Positions 53,225 through 55,441 of a stretch of 55,441 nt of DNA are shown here, one piece after another. Each line of letters opens with the position of its first letter. The first letter of the stretch is position 1. Source of the stretch: Rhizaria sp. SCN 62-66 (lineage: Eukaryota); NCBI GenBank assembly GCA_001724265.1, contig MEDY01000038.1:62001-117441 (forward strand), given 5' to 3'. A program made the translations under genes and the position numbers. The notes under the pieces are model-generated. The model searched no databases. It saw only the letters and a list, made by a program, of their open reading frames with translations, and was not told where the DNA came from.

Positions 53225-54301
53225 TTACTTATTCTTATCAGCCTTCATAACCTCCGCCTTCATAACCTGCATGCGAAACTGTTCGCACACGTCCTGCTTC
53301 ATCTCCAAGCACCGCTTCTTCACCCGCTCAAACTCTCTCTTGTCATTTGCCTTGTTAAGAATCTCCTGGCAGTTGTTCGACGCCAGAAAGTCCGCCCCGC
53401 ACGCCGCCAGCGCGGCCACTTGCTCGACACTGACTGCGCTGTCGCAGGCCGGGGTCGTCTCCGAGTCGGCGTCTTCCTTGGGCAGCTGCGCGAGCGCGGC
53501 CCCCGCGGCGGCGAGCCGCAGCACCGTGGCCGCACCGGCATTGTGCTGCAGTGCGTAGTTGAGCGGGGTGCGGAAGAAGCACGACTCCGCGAGGTTGGGG
53601 TCCGCCTTGTGCTGCAGCAGCAGGTCGGCGATCGCACACGTTCCCGCCTCGTCACTATGTGTGCAGCCGCAGTGGCCTGCGGCGCGGGTGGTGCCTTCGC
53701 TGCTACTGGGGGAGCCATCGGCAGTGCTCTCCTTGGCCTTGACCATGTGTTTTCGATAGGCAATGTGCAGCGGCGTCTCGCTGTCGACGTCTTGCGCGTT
53801 CACGTCCGCGCCGGCCTGGAGCAGCGCCTGGGCCGCGGGGAGCGAATTGGCGTCCACGGCAAAGCGCAGAGGAGTGTATTCGCCATAGCACGCTTTCATT
53901 TCGATGTCAGCCTTAGCAGCGATCAGGAGCTTGACAGAAGCAGCATCGCCGGCCTTGGCAGCGTAGTGAAGTGCGGTATAGGAGTCAGAGTCACCAGCAG
54001 CTGTGTTGAGCTGATCATATGTTAAGCCGGCCAGTGCGGCGGCGCCGGTGGACTTGACGCGCTCGTACAGAGCTGATGAGAGCAAATGAACATTGAACAA
54101 TACAAGAGCGATTATATCAGCAAAAATTGCATCACATAATCATCGAAATTTGGCTAAGTTATGACACTTCCATTATTGTGATACATATTTGGGTTTATAA
54201 TGCAATGACGTTTGTTCAGTGTGATCTCTAAGTTGTTAAATGCCAAGAAACATACCAAGGCTTTGTGAATTATCTGGCGTCTCGTTGTAAGAATCGGACA
54301 T
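53225..54301 (-). CDS. Small ankyrin-repeat protein, tandem copy B; exons 54301-54256, 54072-53225; ~297 aa
   Basis: MSDSYNETPDNSQSL|ALYERVKS...YTALHYAAKAGD...TPLRFAVDAN...ETPLHIA...RTPLNYA. GTATGT..CAG intron at the same position and phase as copy A. Stop is TAA. Confidence 0.87.
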
Positions 54302-55441
54302 AGTTGTGCTACTATCCAAACAGGCCACTAAGGAAAAGCAGCGCTGGTGGTTTTGTGATCGTGTGTCTGTAGTGCGAAGGCAGAGGGTGGCTGTAACTAT
54401 GGTAATGAGTTGGAAACAGCGAATGTAACACGGGAGAGTTTGTTGGCGTTCAAAGGGAATCGGTTGATATGCAGGGGAAAAGAAAGGCTGGTAAGAAAGA
54501 TACTTTCTAGTGAAAGAGAAAACCCGCTTGTTCGAACAGAAATCTGCGTGTTTCGCGCTGTGGTAAAGAGTGTCGCGCGTGAGACGTGTAGGAATAGCAA
54601 GAAACGGGATGTCTTTTGCCTTCGCTTTTAGTCGCCAGACACAGCGCGCTGCAGCACTAGATATGAGCCTCTTTACGGAACAAACAAGAAAAATCAAATT
54701 CAAAAAATAAAGATATACTTAGTTTTGATCCCAAAACTAATGCTCATATGACTAAAGAACGAACGCTCACGCGATGTAATTGACTAACATAAATCTGACT
54801 TGGGTCAAAGTGCGAAACACTAACACGGGGGTCGCGAATTGGGCCGATTGCTGTTATTGCCGAAATCTTGATGGATATCTTGTATAATCGCGTTTCAATA
54901 AGTGCACATCATCTCAATCACCAATATACACATTATATTTCATTGTCATTTTTTGAGGACGTAATTATGCGGAGATCTGGTCAATTTAGCGGTTTTCCCA
55001 GTCACTTTTTCACTGTGGCGTCGGTCAAAAAACGGTTTCGCCCACCAATTTGCAGTCAAACTAAGTGCACTTTGGAGGAAGATCTAACCGTATCAAGACC
55101 GTTAAGTTCATATATGATTGGGTGTGTGGTTTTTTGGATGGGTTTTATGTTTCGATTTTTATTTTTATGTCTCATCTTTGAAATCTTGGGGGGTTTTGGG
55201 TGCGCCTTAATTTAGGTCATTTTCTACAGTCAAATCGAGGGGTCAGAGTTTTCCTCCAGACGCGCCACAATGAACTTAAATGGCTAAATTAACTTTGTAT
55301 TTCAATTCTTGACTTTATTTAACATAACATATATTGGATTTCATTTTCAATTTCGATGTGTTTTCGCCGTATTCTTCCCTGCCACAACAGTCAACTTCTC
55401 ACGCCTAGCATATGTGAGGACCCTTTCTTGCGCCAACATCA

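Noticed and set aside
54700-55441. 115-aa ORF 54868..55215 and AT-rich terminal region
   Set aside because: No coding bias or motif; no recognisable RNA gene or terminal repeat.

Overview
Eukaryotic nuclear DNA from a flagellated protist. Exons are GC-rich; introns and spacers are AT-rich; the lineage cannot be fixed from this window. I reconstruct 13 protein genes with 14 GT-AG introns: the 3' end of an acidic low-complexity protein, DIM1, a bacterial-LiuC-like mitochondrial enoyl-CoA hydratase, TRAPPC3/BET3, a ~5,280-aa axonemal dynein heavy chain (DNAH10-like), a ~2,300-codon divergent PPR-like protein, MED10, a PP2C, a class B DnaJ with a perfect upstream heat-shock element, GSK3, a ~1,990-codon ankyrin protein, and a tandem pair of small ankyrin genes. 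The main signal is that the two long low-complexity genes are each interrupted by one in-frame TAG, one of them inside an ankyrin repeat, while all 13 terminal stops are TAA (9) or TGA (4). This suggests UAG is read as an amino acid (variant nuclear code or readthrough), which remains to be tested. Secondary signals are an unusual GTACGT 5' splice-site consensus and apparently unpaired splice acceptors just upstream of most start codons (possible spliced-leader trans-splicing). I recognised no tRNA, rRNA, CRISPR array or transposon.
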